DNA from: Clostridia bacterium
GTDB lineage: Bacteria > Bacillota > Clostridia > Oscillospirales > CAG-272
Direction: 5' to 3'
Length of the DNA stretch: 64,000 bases
Assembly: GCA_017536635.1 (NCBI GenBank)
Contig: JAFXHA010000070.1
Coordinates: forward strand, 5,826-69,825
Notes under the pieces: generated by a model
The model's input: only the letters and a program-made list of their open reading frames with translations
What the model was told of the DNA's origin: nothing
The model's database searches: none
Program-made: the position numbers and the translations under genes
Shown: positions 63,007-64,000 of the stretch, piece by piece
How the letters are laid out: each line of letters opens with the position of its first letter
How positions within the stretch are numbered: position 1 is the first letter of the stretch

Positions 63007-63582
63007 ATGGGCTTTAATACTGATAGACAAAAGGTGCGAGAGCTGATAGTTGATTTCCGCGCGGGAGATCAAAAGGCTTTCGGAGAGCTTCTTGAGATGT
63101 ACTCCCCTCTTATTGAGGCTTCGGTCGCCAAGTACGCAGGCACGTACGAGTCGAGTGCGGATATTGATGATCTCCGCCAGGAAGCGACGGTTGTATTTTA
63201 TAATTCTGTTATGACCTACGAATTGGATCAAAACGAGGTTGAATTCGGACTGTACGCCAAGATATGCATAACGAATGCTCTGATATCACAGCTTCGCGCG
63301 CATAAAAAGCACGAGTCCGAGCGGCTATCTGACAGTTTGAGCGATGATTTCTTCGCCGGTGATTCGGAGGACCCATTAGGAAAAATATTGGAGCAGGAGA
63401 GCATAAAGGCGCTCTACTCGGTGATCAGAAAAAATCTTTCGGATTTTGAGTACCGTGTGTGGCAGCTTTATATGTCGGGACGAAGCGCCAGGGAGATCGG
63501 CGAGCTTGTCGGCAAGGACGAAAGGTCGGTAAGCAACGCGATATACCGTATAAGAGTAAAGCTTCGTGAAACGCTCCGATAA
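63007..63582 (+). CDS. Sigma-70 family RNA polymerase sigma factor, SigH-like
   Basis: Start set at the ATG at 63007, downstream of the promoter. Region 2 (DDLRQEATVVFYNSV, FGLYAKICITNALISQLR) and region 4 (LSDFEYRVWQLYMSGRSAREIGELVGKDERSVSNAIYRIRVKL) are arranged as in the B. subtilis SigH I remember. Confidence 0.6.
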   Translation: MGFNTDRQKVRELIVDFRAGDQKAFGELLEMYSPLIEASVAKYAGTYESSADIDDLRQEATVVFYNSVMTYELDQNEVEFGLYAKICITNALISQLRAHKKHESERLSDSLSDDFFAGDSEDPLGKILEQESIKALYSVIRKNLSDFEYRVWQLYMSGRSAREIGELVGKDERSVSNAIYRIRVKLRETLR

Positions 63583-63689
63583 AATAATCTATGAATGATG
63601 CGGGAAACCGAATCAGATATGCCTCTCTGGCTGTCCATAAACAGAGGGGACAACACAAAACCAATTACAACAAGAGAGGTAAACAACCA

Positions 63690-64000
63690 ATGAACGAAGA
63701 AGTAAAGATCGTTGCCGAGACCGAAGAATTTGCAGATGAGACACTTGTATGTAAGGAGTGCGGAAACGAATTCGTATTCACAGCAGGCGAACAGAGATTC
63801 TACAAAGAGAAAGGATTTTTGAATAAGCCAAAGAGCTGCAAGGCTTGCCGTGATGCAAAGAAAAATGCAGGCAGAGCTCCTCGCGAGTACTTCACAACGG
63901 TATGCGCAAAGTGCGGCGGAGAGGCAAAGGTTATCTTCCAGCCCTCTGAGGACAGACCTGTATACTGCAGCGCTTGTTTCGAAGAAATGAAGAACAGCCA
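63690..64000 (+). CDS. Zinc-ribbon domain protein (partial, runs off window end)
   Basis: Not in the track. ATG at 63690 with RBS agagagg. My translation is MNEEVKIVAETEEFADETLVCKECGNEFVFTAGEQRFYKEKGFLNKPKSCKACRDAKK...CAKCGGEAKVIFQPSEDRPVYCSACFEEMKN, with two CxxC...CxxC pairs. Confidence 0.65.
   Translation, partial: MNEEVKIVAETEEFADETLVCKECGNEFVFTAGEQRFYKEKGFLNKPKSCKACRDAKKNAGRAPREYFTTVCAKCGGEAKVIFQPSEDRPVYCSACFEEMKNS

Overview
This 64-kb chromosomal window looks like it comes from a spore-forming anaerobic Firmicute. The Clostridia-type gene content includes a pro-sigma-K-like factor, a SigH-like sigma factor, a T-box-controlled aspS-gatCAB operon, a DUF4364-like protein and an Lnt-type CN-hydrolase. 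All calls come from reading the sequence and the ORF track by eye; I ran no searches. I call about 60 protein genes, one tRNA-Leu(CAG) and one T-box leader. I recognised no rRNA, CRISPR array, transposase, integrase or phage genes. Layout: (1) 1-20.5 kb is housekeeping: gltX (partial), rpmB, mtaB, a pseudouridine synthase, lnt, fucO, two tandem MgtC genes, a GH95 fucosidase and aspS-gatCAB. The GatA in this operon has a visibly degenerate amidase signature. (2) 20.6-28.5 kb is an AraC-flanked cluster of Gfo/Idh/MocA oxidoreductases and xylose-isomerase-like TIM barrels with no transporter. (3) 28.5-32 kb holds a hydrolase, an acyltransferase, sigK and an intergenic region with a perfect consensus promoter bracketed by inverted repeats. 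(4) 32.1-40.9 kb is the most unusual part, a terminator-bounded six-gene cell-surface locus. It encodes a TetR regulator behind a promoter whose 17-nt spacer is almost entirely a T15 run. It also encodes an EEP-family lipoprotein and a 1476-aa secreted protein with about 21 Cys/His knuckle motifs alternating with three repeated domains. The remaining genes are a stand-alone paralog of the giant's C-terminal domain and two paralogous single-pass membrane proteins. (5) 42.3-60.6 kb consists of four terminator-insulated gene cassettes: a GlcNAc-type cluster, a DeoR sugar cluster with two YjbQ genes, a large lipoprotein and a serine hydrolase. Each cassette ends in a copy of the 3' half of the adjacent tRNA-Leu, and a second structured about 125-nt repeat accompanies some copies. 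(6) 60.9-64 kb holds hom, a DUF4364-like gene, a SigH-like sigma factor and a partial zinc-ribbon protein.
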